Shown one piece after another: positions 29,242 through 37,751 of a DNA stretch of 64,000 bases. How positions within the stretch are numbered: position 1 is the stretch's first letter; the number at the start of each line of letters is the position of its first letter. The notes under the pieces were generated by a model. The model did not search any database. It had not been told where the DNA came from and saw nothing but the letters and a program-made list of their open reading frames with translations. A program made the translations under genes and the position numbers. The stretch is from contig CAXXGI010000001.1 in the NCBI GenBank assembly GCA_963674695.2, positions 256,001 through 320,000 of the forward strand. The letters run 5' to 3'. Source of the stretch: a bacterium (lineage in GTDB: Bacteria > UBA10199 > 2-02-FULL-44-16 > JAAZCA01).

Positions 29242-30543
29242 TCAGGAAAAACGCTTTTCGATGAGATCGTGAAAATGTCGCTCGTTCTGCGCCATGCGTT
29301 TTCGATAGGTCGGCAGCGTCGATTCGATATGACGCCGAATGCTGGCACTGTCCGTTCGAAGTCGCGCCGTCTTCTCGCGCAACTTCTGCCCGATGCGATC
29401 CTCGCGATAGGCGATGAAATACGCTTCGAGAAATCCCAGTTCATCCATGATGGCCGCGATGCGCTCATCGTGTGCCAGGCCGATGGTTGGAACGAAACCG
29501 CCCATCGACAAGACCAGCGCATGATAGCGACAGGTGACGAGCCAATCGAGCCGCCGCAACAGGCCCGTCATCTGTGCCGCACTGGCATGATCGGCATCGA
29601 AGAGAGCACTCGGCGATCGCATCCGCTCCATGACCTGCCGGCAGGGCTGAGCATCGAGCCGCTCCATCGCAAAGAAGACAACCTGCACGCCCAAGTCCTC
29701 GCAGACCCAATCGGCATAGGCGGCCATCGCCTCCTGCATCGCTTTGCTTCGCTCGCGTCCGTCATCGCCCCAGCCGTGATAGTAGATCGACTTGTACCGA
29801 TCGCGGCGAACGCCGAAGAGCGCCTTGAGCGGATGTGGCGCGACCGGCCACCAGAAGAACTCTTCGAAGGCGATGCCCATGAGGGGACGATGGGGATCAA
29901 TCCCCTGGCCAGCCAGCACCATATCGACCCAGTCGCGACGCGCGGGCTCGAGCGTGAAGGCAGTGTCGGTCGTGACGATGACCGGACGCGCTACCCCCAT
30001 CGTGCGCAACGCGATCTGCGCGGCCTGCGTGCGCGTCATCAAGAGATCGATGCGATCGGCGACCTCGACGGCCCAGTCGCGGTTGCGTCCCGTGAGCTTT
30101 CCCGCATCGACCCCATAGGCGACGGTCGCAATCCCCATGCGCTGCGCAAGATCCGCGGCATAGAGGAAGAACCACAAGAGCGCCGCGGAGAAGTTTTCTT
30201 TGAAGCAGCTCCCCTCGATGAGAACGACGACATCCGCGCATCGCACCAAGCGCAAGATGCTCACGAGAAAGACCGGATGGATCTGCGCGACGCGCAGGCG
30301 ATCGTCTTCGCTGACATAGCGCAGCGTCTGGCGGCGATCGAGCGAGGTGAGCGTGATGTGCACACGCGTATCGGCGTGCAGCATCTGCCGAATCGCCTCG
30401 GCGGTGCGCGCCTCGGCACCGGTGTTGTTTGCACCGCCGTAGCCGACCAGCAAGCACTCGATCGGGTCGCTCGGTTCACGCCGACGCTGCGGCGGAAACA
30501 ATCGAGCGAACAATCGAACGAGCATGCGGAGAAAGAAAACCAT
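29242..30543 (-). CDS. Polysaccharide pyruvyl transferase family protein (CsaB/WcaK-like)
   Basis: N-terminal GYGGANNTGAEA and C-terminal VTCRYHALV motifs; start trimmed out of the repeat region. Confidence 0.8.
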   Translation of the reverse strand: MVFFLRMLVRLFARLFPPQRRREPSDPIECLLVGYGGANNTGAEARTAEAIRQMLHADTRVHITLTSLDRRQTLRYVSEDDRLRVAQIHPVFLVSILRLVRCADVVVLIEGSCFKENFSAALLWFFLYAADLAQRMGIATVAYGVDAGKLTGRNRDWAVEVADRIDLLMTRTQAAQIALRTMGVARPVIVTTDTAFTLEPARRDWVDMVLAGQGIDPHRPLMGIAFEEFFWWPVAPHPLKALFGVRRDRYKSIYYHGWGDDGRERSKAMQEAMAAYADWVCEDLGVQVVFFAMERLDAQPCRQVMERMRSPSALFDADHASAAQMTGLLRRLDWLVTCRYHALVLSMGGFVPTIGLAHDERIAAIMDELGFLEAYFIAYREDRIGQKLREKTARLRTDSASIRRHIESTLPTYRKRMAQNERHFHDLIEKRFS

Positions 30544-30597
30544 TCGACTCCTTACTACAGACCATGGACTAGGGACGACGAACAAACCCTCTTGTGC

Positions 30598-30774
30598 TGT
30601 CATTCCCGCAGGGGTCAGCGGGAATCTCGCCTGTCACGACACATCGAGATCCCCGCTGGAGCCTGCCCTCGAGTGATTGATTCGGGGGCGGGGATGACAC
30701 AACCGGGGCCATCGGGACCCCTCGACTCCGCTCGGGATGACACATCGCTTCACGCTTCACGCTTCACGCTTCAC
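30598..30774. repeat. Composite palindromic cluster: inverted REP/RS3-like element with a nested hairpin, a second REP-type half and (CACGCTT)n
   Basis: tgtcattcccgc..gcgggaatctcg..cgagatccccgc[tggagcctgccctcgagtgattgattcgggg]gcggggatgaca, then ccctcgactccgctcgggatgaca and cacgctt repeats. Confidence 0.8.
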
Positions 30775-32097
30775 TATCTTTGCCACCAGATCGTAGGCGT
30801 GCGCCTCGGTGATCTCGACCTCGGCGAAGCTGCCGGGCGCGGCATCTCCCTCGTTGATGTAGACGACGCCATCGATATCGGGGGCCTGCCCCTCGTGGCG
30901 CGCCTGCCAGAGCAGTTCCGTCTCCTCGGAGGGGCCTTCGACCAACACGCGCAGGCGCTTGCCCACGAGTGCATCGTTGTGTGCCTGTGCAATCTCCTGC
31001 TGCAATTCCATCAAGCGATCGCGACGCTCGTGGGCGAGGTCGGGCGGAACCGCATTCGGCAATGTCGCCGCATGCGTCCCTTCCTCCGGCGAATAGGTGA
31101 AGACGCCCAGGTGTTCGAAGCGTGTTTCGACGACGAAGCGCTCGAGCTCATCAAAATCAGCATCGGTCTCGCCGGGAAAGCCGACGATGAGACTCGTGCG
31201 CAAACCGATGCCGGAAATACGCGATCGCAGACGCTCGATCAAGCGACGAATCTCATCTCCATCCCCCCCGCGACGCATGGCCTTCAAGAGGGCATCGCTG
31301 ATGTGTTGAATGGGGATATCCAGATAGCGACAGATATCCGGTCCATCGCGCATCGCCTCGATGACCGCATCGGGAAAGGCGTGGGGATAGGCGTAGAGCA
31401 GGCGAATCCATTTCTGGCCGGCAAGCCCCGACAGATCGCGCAGAAGCGGGGCAAGGCCCGTATCATTGTCACGCCCGAAAGCAGTCAAATCCTGCCCGAT
31501 GAGGTTGAGTTCGCGCACGCCGCGATCGATCATCGCGCGCGCCTCGGCGACGATGGACTCCGGCGCACGGGAGCGAAAACGGCCGCGCAACTTCGGAATG
31601 ATACAAAAGGAACAGGGATGAAAACAGCCCTCGGCGATCTTGATGTAGCCCACATGCGCGGGGGTCGCGTGCACGCGCGGAGTCGTATGATCGTAGAGAT
31701 ACTCGGGGCGTCCCACGTGCAGGCGCTGACGTCCATCGCCCCCCTCGATGATCTCGGCGATGCGATGAAACTCACCCGCGCCGACAAAGGCATCGACCTC
31801 GGGCAGGAGCGTGGCCAACTCGTCGCGATACCGCTGGGGCAAACAGCCCGCGACGACGAGCAGGCGACACTTGCCCTCATCCTTCATCCGCGCCATCGTA
31901 AGGATCGTATCGATCGCTTCGCGCTTGGCATCCTCGATGAAGGCACAGGTATTGATAACGATCACCTCCGCCGCTTCGGCCTCTTCGGTGAAGGCGTAAC
32001 CACGCTCGGAGAGCAAGCCCAGCATCACCTCGGAATCGACGAGATTCTTGGGGCAGCCGAGGGAGATAAAGTGAATATTCATCATGATGAGGGTCAT
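30757..32097 (-). CDS. rimO: Ribosomal protein S12 methylthiotransferase RimO
   Basis: SLGCPKNLVDSE, INTCAFI, radical SAM CFHPCSFC, TRAM domain with APDIDG. Confidence 0.97.
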   Translation of the reverse strand: MTLIMMNIHFISLGCPKNLVDSEVMLGLLSERGYAFTEEAEAAEVIVINTCAFIEDAKREAIDTILTMARMKDEGKCRLLVVAGCLPQRYRDELATLLPEVDAFVGAGEFHRIAEIIEGGDGRQRLHVGRPEYLYDHTTPRVHATPAHVGYIKIAEGCFHPCSFCIIPKLRGRFRSRAPESIVAEARAMIDRGVRELNLIGQDLTAFGRDNDTGLAPLLRDLSGLAGQKWIRLLYAYPHAFPDAVIEAMRDGPDICRYLDIPIQHISDALLKAMRRGGDGDEIRRLIERLRSRISGIGLRTSLIVGFPGETDADFDELERFVVETRFEHLGVFTYSPEEGTHAATLPNAVPPDLAHERRDRLMELQQEIAQAHNDALVGKRLRVLVEGPSEETELLWQARHEGQAPDIDGVVYINEGDAAPGSFAEVEITEAHAYDLVAKIVKREA

Positions 32098-33419
32098 GGG
32101 ATGAAGCGCATGCTCATGGGTGTGCGGCCATCGGAGCTGAGAGCGCTTCCCGATTGCGCCAACTGCCCGGTGGTCGTGTCATAGGTCATCAATTGAATAT
32201 CGCTGGAGGCACCGTTGCCGACGAAGATCGTGGCATTCGTGGAATCGATGGCCATCGCCGTCGGCTGACGCCCGCCGGCATCGAGGGCCAGTCCCGCCGC
32301 GCGCGCCAAACCATTGACCGCATCATAGGTGAACGAGACCACATCGTTGCTCGTCTGGTTCCCGACGAAGACGAACTGGTGCGCGGTGTCGATGGCCAGC
32401 GGATAAGGCGCGACGCCGCCGGCAGAGATATTGTTGACATTGGTCAACGCACCGGCGGAACCGATGGTAAACAGGACGAGAACATTGGACGTTTCATTCG
32501 CGACGATGAGCACGTGCCCGCTGGTGTCGATGGCCAATCCCAACGGCTTGGTCCCACCCGCAGGAGTCGGCGAGGTCGCCACCGCCACGAGCTCGCCATC
32601 GGTATTGTAATCGAAGACGGCGATATCGTTGCTGGTCGAATTGGCGACAAAGAGGTGCTGCCGCGTCGGATCGATGGCCAGCGCAAACGGCCCCGTGCCC
32701 CCACAGGACACCCCCGTCCCGACCGCCGTGAGCACACCGGCGGTATCATAGCTGAATGCGGTGATCGTGTTGCTGCTGTAATTTGCTACAAACAACAGGT
32801 GCTGAACCGTATCGGCCGCGACGGCATTCGGGTTTAAACCGCCGACGCTGAAGGGCGAACCGGTCACACCTGTGAGCGATCCATCGGCCATCTGATAGGC
32901 AAAGACAGAGACCGTCGCGCTGCCGCGGTTGGGAACGAAGAGAAGATTATTGGTCGCATCGAAGGCCATCGATCGCGGATAGGTGCCACCGGAGCTCGTC
33001 GGCGAGCTGGAAAACTTCGCGATGGAGGGGGTCTGCCGATCGACGTTGAAGGTGGCGACATCGTTCGAATCGCGGTTGGCCACCACGAGCATGCTCGTAT
33101 AGGTAAAACCGTTCGTCTTCGTTCCAGTCTCGCCGGCGGTGTCGGTGACGACCACATCGACGGCACCGGTCACGTTGCTCGATGCGGGCGTGGAGACCGT
33201 GGCCCGCGTGGCCGAATCGACGCTGACGACCGTGCCCTGCGCTGAACCAAAAGCAACCGTCATGCCCGCCTCAAACCCGCGACCGGCCAGCGTCACCGAT
33301 GTGCCCCCCTGGGTGGAACCGCCGCTGGGATCGATCGAACTGAGCAGAACCGCATCGGTCTGACAATTCACGATCATCGCCGCCATCGCCACCGCTAGAA
33401 TTGCCCCCCACAGACGCAT
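32094..33419 (-). CDS. Predicted lipoprotein with IPT/TIG domain and lactonase-type beta-propeller
   Basis: Signal peptide ending IVNC; IDPSGGSTQGGTSVTLAGRGF (IPT); repeated GGxxP..AID...LFVAN..SN blades; ATGA overlap with rimO. Confidence 0.85.
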   Translation of the reverse strand: MRLWGAILAVAMAAMIVNCQTDAVLLSSIDPSGGSTQGGTSVTLAGRGFEAGMTVAFGSAQGTVVSVDSATRATVSTPASSNVTGAVDVVVTDTAGETGTKTNGFTYTSMLVVANRDSNDVATFNVDRQTPSIAKFSSSPTSSGGTYPRSMAFDATNNLLFVPNRGSATVSVFAYQMADGSLTGVTGSPFSVGGLNPNAVAADTVQHLLFVANYSSNTITAFSYDTAGVLTAVGTGVSCGGTGPFALAIDPTRQHLFVANSTSNDIAVFDYNTDGELVAVATSPTPAGGTKPLGLAIDTSGHVLIVANETSNVLVLFTIGSAGALTNVNNISAGGVAPYPLAIDTAHQFVFVGNQTSNDVVSFTYDAVNGLARAAGLALDAGGRQPTAMAIDSTNATIFVGNGASSDIQLMTYDTTTGQLAQSGSALSSDGRTPMSMRFIP

Positions 33420-33544
33420 AGATCCCCCCTCGTTGGATCAGCCATTCTAACGCCGATTCTCCAAAAACCCAAGGACGGAAACACAAAACAACCTATTGTA
33501 AATCATACCGTTCTTTGACAGGGTTCCTGCATCGAGGAGCATCC

Positions 33545-34636
33545 ATGGGATTTACCTGCGGCATCGTCGGCCTCCCCAACGTCGGCAAATCGACCCTCTT
33601 CAACGCCATGACCTCGGCGCACGTCCCGGCCGAGAACTACCCCTTCTGCACCAAGGACCAGAACACCGGCATGGTCGCCGTGCCGGATGAGCGGCTGGTG
33701 CGCCTGGCGGCGATCTTCCAGCCCGAGCGCGTGGTGCCCACGCAGGTGGAGTTCGTCGATATCGCCGGGCTCGTCGAAGGCGCCCACAAGGGGGAGGGAC
33801 TGGGCAACCGGTTTCTCGGGCACATCCGCGAGATGGACGCCATCGCCCAGGTCGTGCGCTGCTTCGACGCGCCGAGCGTCGTGCATCAATACAGTGCGGT
33901 CGACCCGATTCATGACATCGCGATCGTGAATACGGAACTCATGCTTGCGGATATGGAGACACTCGCCAAGCGCATCGCAAAGACGGAACACGCGGGCCGG
34001 ACCGGCAGCAAAGAGGCCCAGAAGGAGTTGGGGTTTCTCGAACCGATCAAGGCAGCGCTCGATGCGGGACGACCTGCAGGCGAGGCCTGGACGGACGAAA
34101 TGCCGCCTGCACTCGCCGACCTCAGGCTTCTCACGGCCAAGCCCATGCTCTATGTCCTCAACGTCAACGAAGACGACGTGCGCCACCCCTCCGATCGCGT
34201 GCGGCATGCGCTCGATCATGCGCAGGACCTGGGGGCACCGGCCATCGAGATCTGCGGTTCCATCGAGGGGGAGCTCATCGACCTCTCCCCCGAGGAACAA
34301 CGCGAGTTCCTCGACGACCTGGGGCTCCATGAGTCGGGGCTTGCGCGCCTGATCCACGCGGGGTATGTCCTGCTCGACCTGATCACGTTCTTTACGACGG
34401 ATGGACCGGAAGTGCGAGCCTGGACAGTGAAACGCGGCACGAAGGCCCCGCAGGCAGCGGGAAAGATCCATACCGATTTCGAACGCGGCTTTATCCGCGC
34501 GGAAGTCTGCTGCTTCGAGGATCTGGATGCAGCCGGATCGGAGACGGCGCTCAAGGAAGCCGGAAAGATTCGCCAGGAAGGACACGACTATGAAGTGCGC
34601 GATGGCGACGTGATTCATTTTCGGTTTAACGTGTAA
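33545..34636 (+). CDS. ychF: Redox-regulated ATPase YchF (Obg family)
   Basis: GIVGLPNVGKSTLFNA, NYPFCT, DIAGLV, GEGLGNRFL, TGS domain; GAGGAG RBS. Confidence 0.97.
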   Translation: MGFTCGIVGLPNVGKSTLFNAMTSAHVPAENYPFCTKDQNTGMVAVPDERLVRLAAIFQPERVVPTQVEFVDIAGLVEGAHKGEGLGNRFLGHIREMDAIAQVVRCFDAPSVVHQYSAVDPIHDIAIVNTELMLADMETLAKRIAKTEHAGRTGSKEAQKELGFLEPIKAALDAGRPAGEAWTDEMPPALADLRLLTAKPMLYVLNVNEDDVRHPSDRVRHALDHAQDLGAPAIEICGSIEGELIDLSPEEQREFLDDLGLHESGLARLIHAGYVLLDLITFFTTDGPEVRAWTVKRGTKAPQAAGKIHTDFERGFIRAEVCCFEDLDAAGSETALKEAGKIRQEGHDYEVRDGDVIHFRFNV

Positions 34637-34640
34637 ACCC

Positions 34641-34668
34641 GTACGTTGGTACGTTCGTACGTTTGTAC
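34641..34668. repeat. Octamer tandem repeat (GTACGTTN)3.5
   Basis: gtacgttg gtacgttc gtacgttt gtac immediately after the ychF stop. Confidence 0.6.
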
Positions 34669-34721
34669 AAAACCTGATACAAGAACAAGTTTACGTACCA
34701 TCGAACCATAAGGATCATCTC

Positions 34722-35330
34722 ATGAAACAGCTCATTCCCATCATCCTCTTCGGTGCTATCTGGGGGCTCATCGAGGCCACACTCGGCGGCGTGCTGCACC
34801 TGGTGCGCATCCCCTTTACCGGAACGATCATGGCGAGCTTCGGTTTCGCCGTTCTCTTCGCGGCCCTGCGATCGGGCCTGCGACCGGCGCAACTCCTCTC
34901 TGTGAGCCTCGTGGCGGCATCGTTTAAATTCCTCGATGCACCGCTCTTTCATCTCGCCCTCGTCGATCGGACGATCATCAACCCTGCGCTGGCCATCGCT
35001 TCACAGGGACTCGTTTTCGCGTTCATCGCGCACCGCTGGCCGATGAACGATCGCATCGCCACTCTCGCGCCGCGCATGCTCGCCGCCGCCGCGGGGGGCC
35101 TCGTCCTCTTCAATGGCATCTCATGGAGTCTCGGCTGGTCGACGCATCAGATCGCCGCTCCATGGAACACCGCCCTGGTTCAGCTCCCCCTCATGACGAT
35201 CGGGGCGACGGGGTTGGCGTGGCTGACGCGTCCGATCGAGAGTCACCTCTCATCCTGGTCGCGCCTGCAACAAACAGGAGCAGCGATGGCATGCATCGCG
35301 CTCATCCTCATCAGCCGAGCAATCCTCTAA
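34722..35330 (+). CDS. Integral membrane protein (about 6 TM; ECF S-component-like)
   Basis: Hydrophobic 202-aa ORF, FGAIWGLIEATLGGVLH motif, AAGGA RBS; family call is tentative. Confidence 0.65.
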   Translation: MKQLIPIILFGAIWGLIEATLGGVLHLVRIPFTGTIMASFGFAVLFAALRSGLRPAQLLSVSLVAASFKFLDAPLFHLALVDRTIINPALAIASQGLVFAFIAHRWPMNDRIATLAPRMLAAAAGGLVLFNGISWSLGWSTHQIAAPWNTALVQLPLMTIGATGLAWLTRPIESHLSSWSRLQQTGAAMACIALILISRAIL

Positions 35331-35357
35331 CAACCACTGCCATCGAAGGAACAGACC

Positions 35358-35879
35358 ATGCACTTCATCCTCTCCGACAACATCGATTCGGGAAAGAGCA
35401 GCTTCTGCCAGGAGCTCATCACACGACTCGTGCGCGATAGCGTCCCGGTCAGCGGCTGGATCACGCCGGCCTTCATGGAGGAGGAGAAAAAAGCGGGGCA
35501 CGACTTCATCGCGATCGAGGATGGACACCTGGAAAAAAAACTTCCGCTGACGCGCACCTACCCCTTTCCCGAATCGTTCCCGTGGAAAAACTGGCATTTT
35601 AACCCTGTCGCCTTCGAGCGGGCAACAAAGCTGCAGGCCGAGCGAGGCCTCTTTATCATGGACGAAATCGGGCCGCTGGAGTTCGAGGATCGAAAGGGGT
35701 TTTTCGAACCGTTCAAACGGGCATTCGCCCAGACGCCATACACGCTAACCGTCGTCCGATCCGGCCTCGAGGGTGCGCTCATCGACCTCTTCCCCCAGGA
35801 GGCCTTTTCACACTTCACGCTGGCAACATGCGATCGCATGGAAAACACGATCCATCAGCGACTTGCCCCACGGCGCTGA
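35358..35879 (+). CDS. NTPase_1/THEP1-like P-loop nucleoside triphosphatase
   Basis: Variant Walker A SDNIDSGKS; Walker B FIMDEIGPLE typical of the family. Confidence 0.8.
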   Translation: MHFILSDNIDSGKSSFCQELITRLVRDSVPVSGWITPAFMEEEKKAGHDFIAIEDGHLEKKLPLTRTYPFPESFPWKNWHFNPVAFERATKLQAERGLFIMDEIGPLEFEDRKGFFEPFKRAFAQTPYTLTVVRSGLEGALIDLFPQEAFSHFTLATCDRMENTIHQRLAPRR

Positions 35880-35965
35880 CGCGCAGCGTCATCCGAAATA
35901 CTTGCTTTTCCCCGCACCATTCATGCTAAGTTCCCCCCCACACAAGACCATGAGGCCACGAGACC

Positions 35966-37507
35966 ATGACTCCATTTCCGATCAAGAAAATCGTCTTCAT
36001 CGAACCGCGCTCACCGGGCAACCACGTCTATACGAAGTGGGGCCTGCCCCGGCTGGGTACGCTGACCCTCGGCGCCATTCTCAAACAGGCAGGATTCGAC
36101 GTCACCATCTTCATCGAAGATATCCATGGCATCGACTTCGATGTCGTGCTCGATGCCGACGCCGTGGGCATCTCGACGATCACCTCGACCGCGCCGCGCG
36201 CATTCGAGATGGCGCACCAGATCCGCAAGGCGAACATCCCGGTCTTTACCGGTGGACCACACGTCTCGTTCCTGCCCGATGAAGCACTGGAACACTTCGA
36301 CTACGTCCTGCGCGGCGAGACCGAAGAGACGATCGTTCCGTTCGTGCGCGCCCTGATGACGGGCGGAGATTTCGAAAAGATCGCCGGGCTCTCCTGGAAG
36401 AACGAAACCGGTTCCCACCACAACGAGCTGGCGCCGCACTGTCCGGACCTGGACCGCTACCCCTACCCGGACTTCTCCCTCATCAAGGGATCGAAGAAGT
36501 TCAAGGGGGACCTCTCGATCACGCCCATCATGACCTCGCGCGGCTGCCCCTTCGGCTGCAACTTCTGTTCGGTCACCCGCATGTTCGGACGCGGCTATCG
36601 TTTTCGTTCTGTCGAAAACGTCATGGGCGAACTGCGCGAGAAGAACCCCAAGTGGGTCTTTTTCTACGACGACAATTTTGCGGCAAAACCGGAACACACA
36701 AAAGCACTCCTGCGCCAGATGATCGCTGAGGGCATTCACCCCAAATGGAGCGCACAGGTCCGCATCGACGTCGCCCGCGACCCGGAAATGATGGAGCTGA
36801 TGAAGGCAGCTGGCTGCCACCTCTTCTACATCGGGCTCGAATCGATCAACCCCAAAACCCTCAAGGCGCTGAACAAGGGGCAAACGCCTGAAGAGATCGA
36901 ATCGGCGATCAATACCATCCACAGCTATGGCATCAACATCCACGGCATGTTCATCTTTGGCGCCGATCAGGATGATGCCAAAACCATTCGCCAGACGGTG
37001 CGGTTTGCCAAACGCATCGGGTTGGCGACCGTGCAGTTCATGATCCTGACGCCGCTGCCGGGAACGCCGGTCTTCGAAGAGATGGAGAAGGAGAATCGGC
37101 TTCTGTCTCGCGACTGGGGCTATTACGATGCGCACCACGTCGTCTTCAAACCGAAGAACATGAGCTATCTGCAGCTCCAGAAGAAGACCATCTCAGCGAT
37201 GCTGCGATTCTATTCCTTCGGCCATGCGCTGGGTCGCCTCAACCGCTTCGATCTCTGGACGATGGTGGTGCGCCTCTACGGCTGGCGCATGACGCGTCAG
37301 TCGCGCCGAAACTTGCGCGGTTTCACTAAGCAGCTGGGCGAGCTCTATCGCAATACGGGTGAGCAGATTCACACGGCAAGCCATGACCTGCAGATTCGCG
37401 CGCGCAAGACGACCGACGATATCAAGGAGTATTTCCACTCGATCAACTTCGATCGGATCCGGCAGATCAAGGAGGAGCGAATTCGTCGCTGGCGCGAAAG
37501 CCAGTGA
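35966..37507 (+). CDS. Cobalamin-binding radical SAM protein
   Basis: B12-binding domain (PRLGTLTLGA, GGPHVS, GETEE); TSRGCPFGCNFC; FYDDNF; IGLES. Confidence 0.93.
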   Translation: MTPFPIKKIVFIEPRSPGNHVYTKWGLPRLGTLTLGAILKQAGFDVTIFIEDIHGIDFDVVLDADAVGISTITSTAPRAFEMAHQIRKANIPVFTGGPHVSFLPDEALEHFDYVLRGETEETIVPFVRALMTGGDFEKIAGLSWKNETGSHHNELAPHCPDLDRYPYPDFSLIKGSKKFKGDLSITPIMTSRGCPFGCNFCSVTRMFGRGYRFRSVENVMGELREKNPKWVFFYDDNFAAKPEHTKALLRQMIAEGIHPKWSAQVRIDVARDPEMMELMKAAGCHLFYIGLESINPKTLKALNKGQTPEEIESAINTIHSYGINIHGMFIFGADQDDAKTIRQTVRFAKRIGLATVQFMILTPLPGTPVFEEMEKENRLLSRDWGYYDAHHVVFKPKNMSYLQLQKKTISAMLRFYSFGHALGRLNRFDLWTMVVRLYGWRMTRQSRRNLRGFTKQLGELYRNTGEQIHTASHDLQIRARKTTDDIKEYFHSINFDRIRQIKEERIRRWRESQ

Positions 37508-37751
37508 CCGCATGGTCGCATCACTCCCCTCCTGACATTTCTAAAGAGCAACCTCCCCCATCGCAGATCGTCTTGACGCCGATCCGTTCGCACACTATGC
37601 AGTCTGCATGAGGTCACTGCCCCGACGGCTGTCACCTATCCTCGCTTCCGGAAACCGGTTCGTCCTCATATCTCCCTCTTCAGCGCACCTTCTTCATCTC
37701 GCTTCAACACCGGCGGCGACAATGTCGTCCGCCTTCTCATAGGGGATCGCT

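Noticed and set aside
29269-32184. 971-aa + strand ORF
   Set aside because: Antisense to rimO and the pyruvyl transferase and reads through palindromic repeats; no protein motifs.
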